DNA from: Nemertoderma westbladi
Taxonomy: Eukaryota > Animalia > Xenacoelomorpha
Assembly: GCA_032718475.1 (NCBI GenBank)
Contig: JAUCBJ010004792.1
Coordinates: 1 to 63,167 of the forward strand
Length of the DNA: 63,167 nt
Reading direction: 5' to 3'
In this document: positions 1 to 12,600 of the stretch, piece by piece
Numbering within the stretch: position 1 is the first letter of the stretch
Layout of the letters: each line of letters opens with the position of its first letter
Translations under genes and position numbers: made by a program
Notes under the pieces: model-generated
Database searches by the model: none
Seen by the model: only the letters and a program-made list of their open reading frames with translations
Told to the model about the DNA's origin: nothing

Positions 1-329
1 TGCATCTCTGAAGGTGCCCATACTTCCTGTGTCCATTACGGCATTTACCACAACGCTACTACTTCCTGCGTGGTGCCGGACTTGGAGCACCGGAAACTCT
101 CTAACTCCAACATCCTGAAATGACCAGGTGCTAGGATTGCTCTCCGTTTTGAAACAATCTTCCAATGTGGGTTCCTCATAGGTAAAGGCTTCATACACAC
201 TGACATGGTTACAGCATTCATCATCGTCGGTAAACTCTCCAGGGTAGAATGCATCTGGTCCTTCATCGGATGAGTCTGTCTCACAATAGGTGAAGTGTAC
301 ACGTTGGTCTAGCTCTTCCTTCGGGGTCT

Positions 330-2275
330 GGTCTAGGTGTAGCAAAGGGTGATGGGAGCCCTGACACACCGGACACGTTTTTACGTTCATTAGTCTACAC
401 TTACGTTGCAAATGTCCCAGTCTAAGACACAAGAAGCATGTCGTCAAGTCCAAAACCGTCTGTCATCTCTCCTTTAGTGTCCTTTTTAAGAAGGTGTTGC
501 ATTTCGCAAGTGGATGTGCTTCTATTTTACAAAGGGGGCACTTAAGGTTGGTAGTGCCGGCTGTGATTGTATTATAGGTCTTCGTGGTCGTCTTACGGTT
601 ATCCACATATGCTTTCTTGGGGATGCTATTAGCCTTGGGTGGAGGTGTCCTCCTATTTGGTTTGCCTTGACCACTGTGTTTACTCTCACTTCTGGGGTTT
701 ACGTCACCTTAATATACACTTTCACATCCCTCTGTGTCTGAACCAGAGTGATCAGAGAGACACTCTTCATAGTTTGTGACATAAGCGTATCGCTTCTTGG
801 TTGCTGTCTTATCAGTGTTTTTCACGTCTGAGTGGGTGCTTTTTTCCCGGTTCATTGTGATAAGATACGTGGAGGTTTCAGCCTTCAAGAAACCTCTAAA
901 CGAGTCCATGTTGGGGAAACATCGTCACCATCAAACTTTAAAATTTGACCTGAGGAGACGCAGTGTCGAGCTTCATTCCTAGCCATATGTCTGGTGAGGT
1001 TGGTTTGGACTGCCGAAGAATTTAATAAAAGGGCGGTTAGATATGAGCTTTGGTCGTTCTGATGTACTGTATTCTTGGCATGAATACCACTCACATCAGA
1101 GGCATGTTTTAAAATTTTTACACCCTGCGACGCTGCTTGTGAGACTTTCTTATTGGTCAAGGTGAGATGGTCTTGTATCAAAGCCATTTTTTGCTCTAAG
1201 TCATCAGTTCTTTGTAATAAAGAATCGTTTTTTTGTGATAAAGAATCATTTCTTTGTAATAAAGAATCAATGATTTCTTGAGAGTCGTCTTTGTCCGGGA
1301 GTCTGGGTTGCCTGATATTTTGTAAATAACGGCGGACGTTATGTAGGCTGGGATCTAATGGGGGTGCATAGGCCTCTGAAGGTGAAAGAGGGTCACCTTG
1401 AGGGAATGCTTCACCTGGGATGTCTGGCGCAAACCTGACTCCACTTCTGTAGGCTTCCCTTTGCCCATTAGGGGGGACTGATATCCGTCCGCCAGATGAC
1501 ACCGGTGTTCCTGGTCCCAGATGCTGGGTCCCCACTGGCGCCGTCGCTTTTGCGGCTAAGTGGGTCGATCCAGGCGCCAGGGGCCTATCATCCAACTGGT
1601 TTTGACGGTTGTAATATATCGTCGAGTGGGGATTTAATTCATCCCTAGATGTACAATTATTATTGTTTCCTCCTTTGTTACCATGTGGTAATGCATGTGA
1701 TACCTTGGAATTTTCTCCTAAGCGGGTGATTGGGGATATTCCAGTGCCAAATGACATTTTATCATCCTTGGTCCGGGCTAAGGTACTAGACAAGTAGTTA
1801 GGTTTGGGGGGTTCTAGACAAGCTATACAAGAGGTATGGTTTGAGATTGTAGCTTCAATGTGTATTTCTTTAGCTATGATTGGTGCACCTGCTAGGTGGT
1901 ACAACCTCTCTATTACTTGCATGGGGTTGCTGTCATGGTCAAGTGTGGAGCTACTACTGCCCATGTCATATCATTGGAGCTGAAGAACTTACAAAGTTCT
2001 GGGTGGGCATAATGTAGATTTATTAAGTGATGTAATTCTTCCCCATAAACCTCCTGTTCAGAAGCATCAGTTCCAGTTGCCACCCTTTCCCGGTAACTGT
2101 CAATTTCCTCCAGCAAGTAAGCTAGTCTTGCTTGCGGGTGAACAGGAATTGTTTCATCTGCAATGTTCTGCGAAAGGGTGTTATCGATCGTGGGGTGTAA
2201 TTCCTCATTGCTGTTGGGTGAGGAGGCGAACATAATGGGGGATGTGTTCATTACTAGTAGTGATGGTGAACTCAC
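330..2275 (-). mobile_element. Decayed BEL/Pao LTR retrotransposon gag region (may run off the left edge of the window)
   Basis: Manual minus-strand translation of ~545-330 gives KCPLCKIEAHPLAKCNTF..ER*..TCFLCLRLGHLQRKC..KTCPVCQGSHHPLLH, the triple zinc knuckle ending HHxLLH typical of BEL/Pao Gag. Upstream ORFs 2275-1913 and 1964-885 include a coiled-coil-like stretch and KFDGD. Stops and frameshifts are present. No LTR or PBS was identified. Confidence 0.75.
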
Positions 2276-3826
2276 TCCAGTTTGTACAACACTAACTATG
2301 GGTGGATCTACATTTATGTCATCTAAAATCCCTCCGGTAAATTGTCTAGTTCTGATGCGGGACCTGTCCCAAGATTTCTTGCTGGGGACGGATGGCGTAA
2401 CTTTGTCAACGGAAAGGGGAATGTTAGTATGAGGGGCAGCTGTGACAGGTGGGTGTTGGATAAATGTATGTCACTGACATATATGTCAAATATCGGGCCT
2501 GTGTCTGCCTGTTAAATAAACAGTTCAATGGCCTAAAGAAAGATGTAATAATTAATTATTGCTGTACGTAAATAATAGAACGTACTTACGATATTTGGGG
2601 GTTGTAACACTATGTTACAAGTTTATAATAATAAACAACAAAACGTAAGTGTAGGGTGTATGTACAGTAAAAACAATAAAATACCAGGTTACTTAGATTA
2701 CTTAATTACTTTAAAAAAAACTGAAGGGGTAAAACAATTTTGATAATAGCATCCGTAACATACCATACAAACACTGACTAAATTATTAAGCTACGGTAAT
2801 GAATGCAGTAATTTATCGGTAATTAGCTGTTTCACACGCAGTGTGCCTGTACACTCCCTCGGGTGTTTGGTCTTCTACTGACTTCGCAAACGTATGACTA
2901 ATAATGTCAAATTAGTCTACAGTCACACAAGTAAACTCTTTGACTTAATCAATAATTCGCACGTAGGACACTATGTTGGATTTAGTGCGTGGTAAGCGCA
3001 CAGTTCACTCGTGCTGTATACATAGCGTTAATAGATTATAGTTACTAGTTGGGGAATAATATTGCAGTACTATGGACGCACACACTCGCACAAAAATGAA
3101 CCGAATCTATTACAGACAGGGCGCAGTCAGCACTAACCGTGTGAAAATCAAGTTGGTTTGATCTCTGGTCTTGTATATTCATCAACAATGGTAAAGCAAT
3201 AATAGTAACTAATAATAATGCAATACAGCAAGGCATGCAGCAAGGTCAAATATCATGAGTCCTGTTAGTTACATGACTCGTAACGGGCTTAATATGTTGT
3301 TAGGTTATGCCTGGAAGTAATGGGACGAACATCGACTATATAAACACTGGGAGAATAGAACAGCCAATAGGACGTAAGAATACCGGTGCCGGTAGTTAGC
3401 AATGAGAGTTCAGCACTACCATAACTGCTGCTAGGCAACATATAAACAAGGTTCACTGTGGTATACAATATGAGTTAGGCATAAATATCATACGCACAGA
3501 AATTGAATGATTCTCTGATAAAAATATAAGATTTCGATATGCAGTTAGCAACCGCTTGGATAATACTAATTCATACATAATCAAAATGTTATAGACATGA
3601 GTGTTAATTTTCAGAGTGAATTTTGATTATATACTAGCTATTACATAATTGTTGCTACAAAAATACGATTTATATTAAATAGATGGGAACAGTTCCGCCC
3701 CAAATAGATAGCATAGGTTTTGATAATTATTTTGAAAAAATAGCTAACATGAGGAACAAAAATTTTTCACAAATTAATTAAAACACAATAACATAAGCCA
3801 ACATCAAATCTATACTAACTTCTATA

Positions 3827-4957
3827 ATGACAACAAACACACAAGATTGGAATTCTAAGAAAGTGGTTCAATAGCGAGATGAATTGGAATCTCGGGGACT
3901 TAACAAATAAGGAAGTAAAAAGGAAATGATAGAACGTTTGAAGGTCTATGAGAAGAAATTACTAAGCGTGAGTTTATCTCAACTAAATGAAAAAGGAGAT
4001 TCCAGTGCCGTCATTAATCTTGAATGCAGTGCTGTTTTGGCACTGAACCCTTTAGTCCACGAATTCAATCCAGGTGTAAATATTTATTTACAAACACAAG
4101 CTAAATTCCCATTGGGGCAGCCTTCAAAACCCATTAATTTGTTGGAGCTCACAGAATCGCAACAAGAAGAACTCATTAGTTTATACCCCGACAACGATAT
4201 AGTACCTGATGCTACTGCTATACTGAAAGCAATAACTAAGCCACGACGAGAACATACTAGGGTCTTTATCCCCCCATCCTGGAAAGAACTTTAATCTCTC
4301 AGTGGCAGAAAATACTTATCTGACAATGTCGTTGATGCCTTTTTTACAATACTTGAAAGGGAGCTTTATAAGGTGGTGGTGACCATACCAATAGAATTAT
4401 GTAGGAAGCTACATCAAATCCGTTTTGATCTATCAGCGGCAGTAAGGTACATTACAAGCAATTCCAGTGTAAAAGGATATTACCTCATTTTAATGCCTGA
4501 TCTGCGCGACAACCATTACACTATTCATGTGGCAGATGCAATTAGAAGGGAAGTCTTTACGCTGGACTCATTAATGAAAACTTCTGATTCACAATTATCT
4601 TTTAAAATAGCGAACATTCTAAATTTAATTTATGGAGCTCTTGATAATAACTCTTCAACCAAACAACTGTGGAGACCATCACGAAGAATACGACATTATC
4701 CTGGACAGACAAATTCACATGATTGTGGTATATATGTATGCATGTATGGAAAGGCATTGGCCCTGAATTCCCGAGTAATCTGTAACTTTCACAAAAACAG
4801 TAAGAAGATAAGAGATTGGCTAAAAGATTGTATTGACCTCGTGCGAATTACACAGGATCGAGAATTATTGTCCCAGAATTATTGTCAACGGTTGTCGTCG
4901 ACTGGAACACCTCGGGACCTTCCGATACCGCGGGAGTTTATTTTACGGCAAACATAG
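3827..4957 (+). pseudogene. SAP domain + Ulp1/C48 SUMO-type cysteine protease reading frame with 3 premature stops
   Basis: One frame from ATG 3827: WNSKKVVQ*RDELESRGLNK*GSKKEMIERL (SAP signature), then L*SLSGRKYLSDNVVDAFFTIL, NHYTIHVAD, TLDSL and QTNSHDCGIYVC (Ulp1 His-Asp-Gln-Cys motifs). ORFs 3926-4294 and 4373-4957 are in this same frame. Confidence 0.8.
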
Positions 4958-5009
4958 GCATCCATTCATCTGAACCACATGAGTTTAATCATATGGAGCT
5001 AACTAATGG

Positions 5010-5890
5010 AGCTTTACAATAGTCTGACATAATGAAATAAGGGATTTTGAATGAATGGGAGAATCTTTTAGGCTCGTTAAGCCAAGGAATGCATGTTCAC
5101 CACCATGGGTGATCTTCCACAGTAAACCCTTCCACTCTGTTTCTCAAGTTGCCTTGGTTCCCATTTATCGACCACTGAAGGATGAAAGTCGGGGTTGGGC
5201 TAGGCTGCAGCATTTAAAGCACTGTGCCCAAACAGTGCTGCCCCATCTAGGGATCGAACCCGGGCTCCCTAATCGGAAGCACAGTAATGTCACCACTAGA
5301 CCAAGCTGCTGCTTGAAATAAGGGATTTTCTAGCCGAGGTTCTCAACGAAGTCGCCTCAGACGTGGAAACGGAGCCCTATTTACAGCCATTAGACGGGGA
5401 ACAGTTTAGACTGCGGTCAACCTCAGTCTCACCCGACACGCGACTGGATATTGCAGCTAGTGGAGTTTGGGGAGGGAGGTACGAAAGAGTTTATATAGAT
5501 GTTAAGGTTTTCAATCCTTTGTGCCCTTCCAACCCGCATACAACCGAGGCAGCTTATCATAAGCATGAATCTGAGAAGAGGCGAAAGTATGAAGAAAGGA
5601 TTAATATGGTGGAACAAGCTGGGTTCTGCCCGTTCGTGGTGGCGGCAACAGGGATTTACAGCCGTTCAGCTCATGCCCTCTTGAACAGAATGGCACTGTT
5701 GCTTTCGGTGAAGAGGAATTCCCCTTACCCAGAAACAATACATTTGTTGCGCACCCGATTAAGTTTCGCCCTTTTGCGGTCTGCCAGCATGTGCATCCGA
5801 GGATCTAGGTCCCACAGGACGAGAGTAGCACGATTGGCGGACACGGGAATCCGATCGGCAGTCTCCTCGGCCGGCCTGGAGTCAGGGTAG
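5010..5890 (+). mobile_element. CRE-clade non-LTR retrotransposon C-terminal restriction-like endonuclease (RLE), interrupted by the SINE
   Basis: Removing the SINE and one TSD copy restores FTIV*HNEIRDFLAEVLNEVASDVETEP. This is followed by RLDIAASG, IDVKVFNP, EKRRKYE, FCPFVVAATG and RLSFALLRSASMCIRGSRS, the same motif series as the RLE at 41939-42664. Confidence 0.85.
5049..5313 (-). mobile_element. tRNA-derived SINE (~265 bp) with 16-bp target site duplication
   Basis: Flanked by a perfect direct repeat TGAAATAAGGGATTTT (5033-5048 and 5314-5329). The minus strand has an A box (TGGTCTAGTGG), a B box (GGTTCGATCCC) and a short CATT tail. Confidence 0.85.
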
Positions 5891-6500
5891 CTCGTGAGGA
5901 TCTCGACGCTCTGGAGAAGGATTACAAGGAGGTCGGAGTTGATAGTGGCGGAGTCGATGATGAGGAAGGAGAGGAGGAATACTAGATGAAACTTTACAAA
6001 CTCTATTCAATCAGCCGTTATTTCTAGAACAAGTAGATTAGTGTTATATCTTAAATCTGTATTGATATATTAGTATTATTGAATTCATTGTATTATCGTA
6101 CATCGTTAGCGTGTGCAGCAAAATATGCACAGCTGCTCCGTTTACTTATTGCGCAACATTTTTACGTGGTGAGCAAGCGACAAGCCAGTAACACTATTGT
6201 ATCGGGTAATCATGTCGATTACAGACCTATTAAAACGGACTGCTGCCTATAATGCTTAAATCTATTAGGACCATTGTTATATTATTAGCGTGGGACCATT
6301 TATACTAATGGTAATGCTACCATTGTTCTCTAATGTAACTAATGGTTTGCCACTTAGTGCAATTACATAGAGACAGACTTCGCTCCACTGTACATACTAT
6401 CGCACTTACTGCTATCATTAACTCAAATTACCCACGTTGCTGCATACTGAAATGCAAGCCTTACGATTATTAATTACGAAGCAATCATTTGTACAAAAAC

Positions 6501-6508
6501 TATAAATA
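6501..6508 (+). promoter_or_regulatory. Candidate TATA box of the CUB-ShKT gene
   Basis: TATAAATA 80 bp upstream of the signal-peptide ATG. The context is AT-rich, so a chance match is possible. Confidence 0.35.
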
Positions 6509-6580
6509 GACGCGTTTGAAATGCAGAAAAAAGTTAAAAAATTTAATTTAAAAAACGTATCAAGAAACAAACCAACGACG

Positions 6581-6662
6581 ATGTTGTGGCTAATCTTACT
6601 AGCTACCCTACCTCTCCACGCACTCTGTGGTTCCTCCTGGTCGGACACCACAACTGGTATTA
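6581..6662 (+). CDS. Exon 1: signal peptide MLWLILLATLPLHALCGSSWSDTTTGI
   Basis: Hydrophobic N-terminus and a GTAAGT donor at 6663. Phase 1 matches the next exon. Confidence 0.8.
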
Positions 6663-9600
6663 GTAAGTATTATCTTTGCTGATAGTTATTATTCTAACTG
6701 TGTGGTTAATTGTGTGGTGTTGAACTATGTTTGTCAATGCGTGGTGCTTATATGGTGTTGATCTGTGTTTGTCAATGCGTGGTGCTTATATGGTGGTGTT
6801 GATCTATGTTTGTCAATGCGTTTGATCTGTGTTTGTCAATGCGTGGTGCTTATATGGTGGTGTTGATCTGTGTTTGTCAATGCGCGAATGCTGATATGGT
6901 GATGTTGATCTGTGTTTGTCAATGCGTGGTGCTTATATGGTGGTGTTGATCTGTGTTTGTCAACGCGTGGTGCTTATATGGTGGTGTTAATCTGTGTTTG
7001 TCAATGCGCGAATGCTGATATGGTGATGTTGATCTGTGTTTGTCAATGCGTGGTGCTTATATGGTGGTGTTGATCTGTGTTTGTCAATGCGTGGTGCTTA
7101 TATGGTGGTGTTGATCTGTGTTTGTCAATGCGTGGTGCTTATATGGTGGTGTTGATCTGTGTTTATCAACACGTGGTGCTTATATGGTGGTGTTGATCTA
7201 TGTTTGTCAATGCGTGTGTGCTTATATGGTGGTGTTAATCTGTGTTTATCAACACGTGGTGCTTATATGGTGGTGTTGATCTATGTTTGTCAATGCGTGT
7301 GTGCTTATATGGTGGTGTTGATCTGTGTTTGTCAACACGTGGTGCTTATATGGTGGTGTTGATCTATGTTTGTCAATGCGTGTGTGCTTATATGGTGGTG
7401 TTGATCTGTGTTTGTCAACGCGTGGTGCTTATATGGTGATGTTAATCTGTGTTTGTCAATGCGCGAATGCTGATATGGTGATGTTGATCTGTGTTTGTCA
7501 ATGCGTGGTGCTTATATGGTGGTGTTGATCTGTGTTTGTCAATGCGTGGTGCTTATATGGTGGTGTTGATCTGTGTTTGTCAATGCGTGGTGCTTATATG
7601 GTGGTGTTGATCTGTGTTTGTCAATGCGTGGTGCTTATATGGTGGTGTTGATCTGTGTTTATCAACACGTGGTGCTTATATGGTGGTGTTGATCTATGTT
7701 TGTCAATGCGTGTGTGCTTATATGGTGGTGTTGATCTGTGTTTGTCAACGCGTGGTGCTTATATGGTGATGTTGATCTGTGTTTATCAACACGTGGTGCT
7801 TATATGGTGGTGTTGATCTGTGTTTGTCAATGCGTGGTGCTTATATGGTGATGTTGATCTGTGTTTATCAACACGTGGTGCTTATATGGTGGTGTTGATC
7901 TGTGTTTGTCAATGCGTGGTGCTTATATGGTGATGTTGATCTGTGTTTATCAACACGTGGTGCTTATATGGTGGTGTTGATCTGTGTTTGTCAATGCGTG
8001 TGTGCTTATATGGTGGTGTTGATCTGTGTTTGTCAACGCGTGGTGCTTATATGGTGGTGTTAATATGTGTTTGTTAATGCGCGAATGCTGATATGGTGAT
8101 GTTGATCTGTGTTTGTCAATGCGTGGTGCTTATAGGGTGGTGTTGATCTGTGTTTGTCAATGCGTGGTGCTTATATGGTGGTGTTGATCTGTGTTTATCA
8201 ACACGTGGTGCTTATATGGTGGTGTTGATCTATGTTTGTCAATGCGTGTGTGCTTATATGGTGGTGTTGATCTGTGTTTGTCAATGCGCGAATGCTGATA
8301 TGGTGATGTTGATCTGTGTTTGTCAATGCGTGGTGCCTATATGGTGATGTTGATCTGTGTTTGTCAACGCGTGGTGCTTATATGGTGGTGTTAATCTGTG
8401 TTTGTCAATGCGCGAATGCTGATATGGTGATGTTGATCTGTGTTTGTCAATGCTTGGTGCTTATATAGTGGTGTTGATCTGTGTTTGTCAATGCGTGGTG
8501 CTTATATGGTGGTGTTGATCTGTGTTTGTCAATGCGTGGTGCTTATATGGTGGTGTTGATCTGTGTTTATCAACACGTGGTGCTTATATGGTGGTGTTGA
8601 TCTATGTTTGTCAATGCGTGTGTGCTTATATGGTGGTGTTGATCTGTGTTTGTCAATGCGTGTGTGCTTATATGGTGGTGTTGATCTGTGTTTGTCAATG
8701 CGTGGTGCTTATATGGTGGTGTTGATCTGTGTTTGTCAATGCGTGGTGCTTATATGGTGGTGTTGATCTGTGTTTGTCAATGCTTGGTGCTTATATGGTG
8801 GTGTTGATCTGTGTTTGTCAATGCGTGGTGCTTATATGGTGGTGTTGATCTGTGTTTGTCAATGCGTGGTGCTTATATGGTGGTGTTGATCTGTGTTTAT
8901 CAACACGTGGTGCTTATATGGTGGTGTTGATCTGTGTTTGTCAATGCGTGTGTGCTTATATGGTGGTGTTGATCTGTGTTTGTCAACGCGTGGTGCTTAT
9001 ATGGTGGTGTTAATCTGTGTTTGTCAATGCGCGAATGCTGATATGGTGATGTTGATCTGTGTTTGTCAATGCGTGGTGCTTATAGGGTGGTGTTGATCTG
9101 TGTTTGTCAATGCGTGGTGCTTATATGGTGGTGTTGATCTGTGTTTATCAACACGTGGTGCTTATATGGTGGTGTTGATCTATGTTTGTCAATGCGTGGT
9201 GCTTATATGGTGGTGTTGATCTGTGTTTATCAACACGTGGTGCTTATATGGTGGTGTTGATCTATGTTTGTCAATGCGTGGTGCTTATATGGTGGTGTTG
9301 ATCTGTGTTTGTCAATGCGTGGTGCTTATATGGTGGTGTTGATCTATGTTTGTCAATGCGTGGTGCTTATATGGTGGTGTTGATCTGTGTTTGTCAATGC
9401 GCGAATGCTGATATGGTGATGTTGATCTGTGTTTGTCAATGCGTGGTGCCTATATGGTGATGTTGATCTGTGTTTGTCAACGCGTGGTGCTTATATGGTG
9501 GTGTTAATCTGTGTTTGTCAATGCGCGAATGCTGATATGGTGATGTTGATCTGTGTTTGTCAATGCTTGGTGCTTATATGGTGGTGTTGATCTGTGTTTG

Positions 9601-12600
9601 TCAATGCGTGGTGCTTATATGGTGGTGTTGATCTGTGTTTGTCAATGCGTGGTGCTTATATGGTGGTGTTGATCTGTGTTTATCAACACGTGGTGCTTAT
9701 ATGGTGGTGTTGATCTATGTTTGTCAATGCGTGTGTGCTTATATGGTGGTGTTGATATGTGTTTGTCAATGCGTGGTGCTTATATGGTGGTGTTGATCTG
9801 TGTTTGTCAATGCGTGGTGCTTATATGGTGGTGTTGATCTGTGTTTGTCAACGCGTGGTGTTTATATGGTGGTGTTAATCTGTGTTTGTCAATGCGCGAA
9901 TGCTGATATGGTGATGTTGATCTGTGTTTGTCAATGCGTGGTGCTTATATGGTGGTGTTGATCTGTGTTTGTCAACGCGTGGTGCTTATATGGTGGTGTT
10001 AATCTGTGTTTGTCAATGCGCGAATGCTGATATGGTGATGTTGATCTGTGTTTGTCAATGCGTGGTGCTTATATGGTGGTGTTGATCTGTGTTTGTCAAT
10101 GCGTGGTGCTTATATGGTGGTGTTGATCTGTGTTTTTCAACGCGTGGTGCTTATATGGTGGTGTTAATCTGTGTTTGTCAATGCGCGAATGCTGATATGG
10201 TGATGTTGATCTGTGTTTGTCAATGCGTGGTGCTTATATGGTGGTGTTGATCTGTGTTTGTCAATGCGTGGTGCTTATATGGTGGTGTTGATCTGTGTTT
10301 GTCAATGCGTGGTGCTTATATGGTGATGTTGATCTGTGTTTGTCAATGCGTGGTGCTTATATGGTGGTGTTGATCTGTGTTTGTCAACGCGTGGTGCTTA
10401 TATGGTGGTGTTAATCTGTGTTTGTCAATGCGCGAATGCTGATATGGTGATGTTGATCTGTGTTTGTCGATGCGTGGTGCTTATATGGTGGTGTTGATCT
10501 GTGTTTGTCAATGCGTGGTGCTTATATGGTGGTGTTGATCTGTGTTTGTCAATGCGTGGTGCTTATATGGTGATGTTGATCTGTGTTTGTCAATGCGTGG
10601 TGCTTATATGGTGGTGTTGATCTGTGTTTGTCAACGCGTGGTGCTTATATGGTGGTGTTAATCTGTGTTTGTCAATGCGCGAATGCTGATATGGTGATGT
10701 TGATCTGTGTTTGTCAATGCGTGGTGCTTATATGGTGGTGTTGATCTGTGTTTGTCAATGCGTGGTGCTTATATGGTGGTGTTGATCTGTGTTTGTCAAT
10801 GCGTGGTGCTTATATGGTGGTGTTGATCTGTGTTTATCAACACGTGGTGCTTATATGGTGGTGTTGATCTATGTTTGTCAATGCGTGTGTGCTTATATGG
10901 GGGTGTTGATCTGTGTTTGGTCAATGCGTGTGTGCTTATATGATGGTGTTGATCTGTGTTTGTCAATCGTGGTGCTTATATGGTGATGTTGATCAGTGTT
11001 TGTCAATGCGTGTGTGATTATGTTGTGGTATTGATCAGTGTTTGTCAATGCGTGGTGCTTATATGCTGGTGTTGATCTGTATTTGTCAATGCGTGGTGCT
11101 TATATGATGATGTTGATCAGTGTTTGTCAATGCGTGTGTGATTATATTGTGGTATTGATCAGTGTTTGTCAATGCGTGGTGCTTATATGGTGGTGTTGAT
11201 CTGTGTTGGTCAATGCGCGAATGCTGATATGGGGGTGTTGATCTGTGTTTGTCAATGCGTGGTGCTTATATGGTGATGTTGATCGGTGTTTGTCAATGCG
11301 TGTGTGATTATGTTGTGGTATTGATCAGTGTTTGTCAATGCGTGGTGCTTATATGGTGGTGTTGATCTGTGTTTGTCAAGGTGTGGTGCTTATATGGTGG
11401 TGTTGATCTGTGTTTGTCAACGCGTGGTGCATATGTGGTGGTGTTAATCTGTGTTTGTCAATGCGCGAATGCTGATATGGCGATGTTGATCTGTGTTTGT
11501 CAATGCTTGGTGCTTATATGGTGGTGTTGATCTGTGTTTGTCAATGCGTGGTGCTTATATGGTGGTGTTGATCTGTGTTGGTCAATGCGCGAATGCTGAT
11601 ATGGGGATGTTGATCTGTGTTTGTCAATGCGTGGTGCTTATATGGTGGTGTTGATCTGTGTTTGTCAATGCGCGAATGCTGATATGGTGGTGTTGATCTG
11701 TGTTTGTCAATGCGTGGTGCTTATATGGTGGTGTTGATCTGTGTTTGTCAATGCGTGGTGCTTATATGGTGGTGTTGATCTGTGTTTATCAATGCGCGAA
11801 TGCTGATATGGGGGTGTTGATCTGTGTTTGTCAATGCGTGGTGCTTATATGGTGATGTTGATCGGTGTTTGTCAATGCTTGTGTGATTATGTTGTGGTAT
11901 TGATCAGTGTTTGTCAATGCGTGGTGCTTATATGGTGATGTTGATCTGTGTTTGTCAAGGTGTGGTGCTTATATGGTGGTGTTGATCTGTGTTTGTCAAC
12001 GCGTGGTGCTTATATGGTGGTGTTAATCTGTGTTTGTCAATGCGCGAATGCTGATATGGTGATGTTGATCTGTGTTTGTCAATGCGTGGTGCTCATACGG
12101 TGGTGTTGATCTGTGTTGGTCAATGCGCGAATGCTGATATGGGGATGTTGATCTGTGTTTGTCAATGCGTGGTGCTTATATGCTGGTGTTGATCTGTATT
12201 TGTCAATGCGTGGTGCTTATATGATGATGTTGATCAGTGTTTGTCAATGCGTGTGTGATTATATTGTGGTATTGATCAGTGTTTGTCAATGCGTGGTGCT
12301 TATATGGTGGTGTTGATCTGTGTTGGTCAATGCGCGAATGCTGATATGGGGGTGTTGATCTGTGTTTGTCAATGCGTGGTGCTTATATGGTGATGTTGAT
12401 CGGTGTTTGTCAATGCGTGTGTGATTATGTTGTGGTATTGATCAGTGTTTGTCAATGCGTGGTGCTTATATGGTGGTGTTGATCTGTGTTTGTCAAGGTG
12501 TGGTGCTTATATGGTGGTGTTGATCTGTGTTTGTCAACGCGTGGTGCATATGTGGTGGTGTTAATCTGTGTTTGTCAATGCGCGAATGCTGATATGGCGA

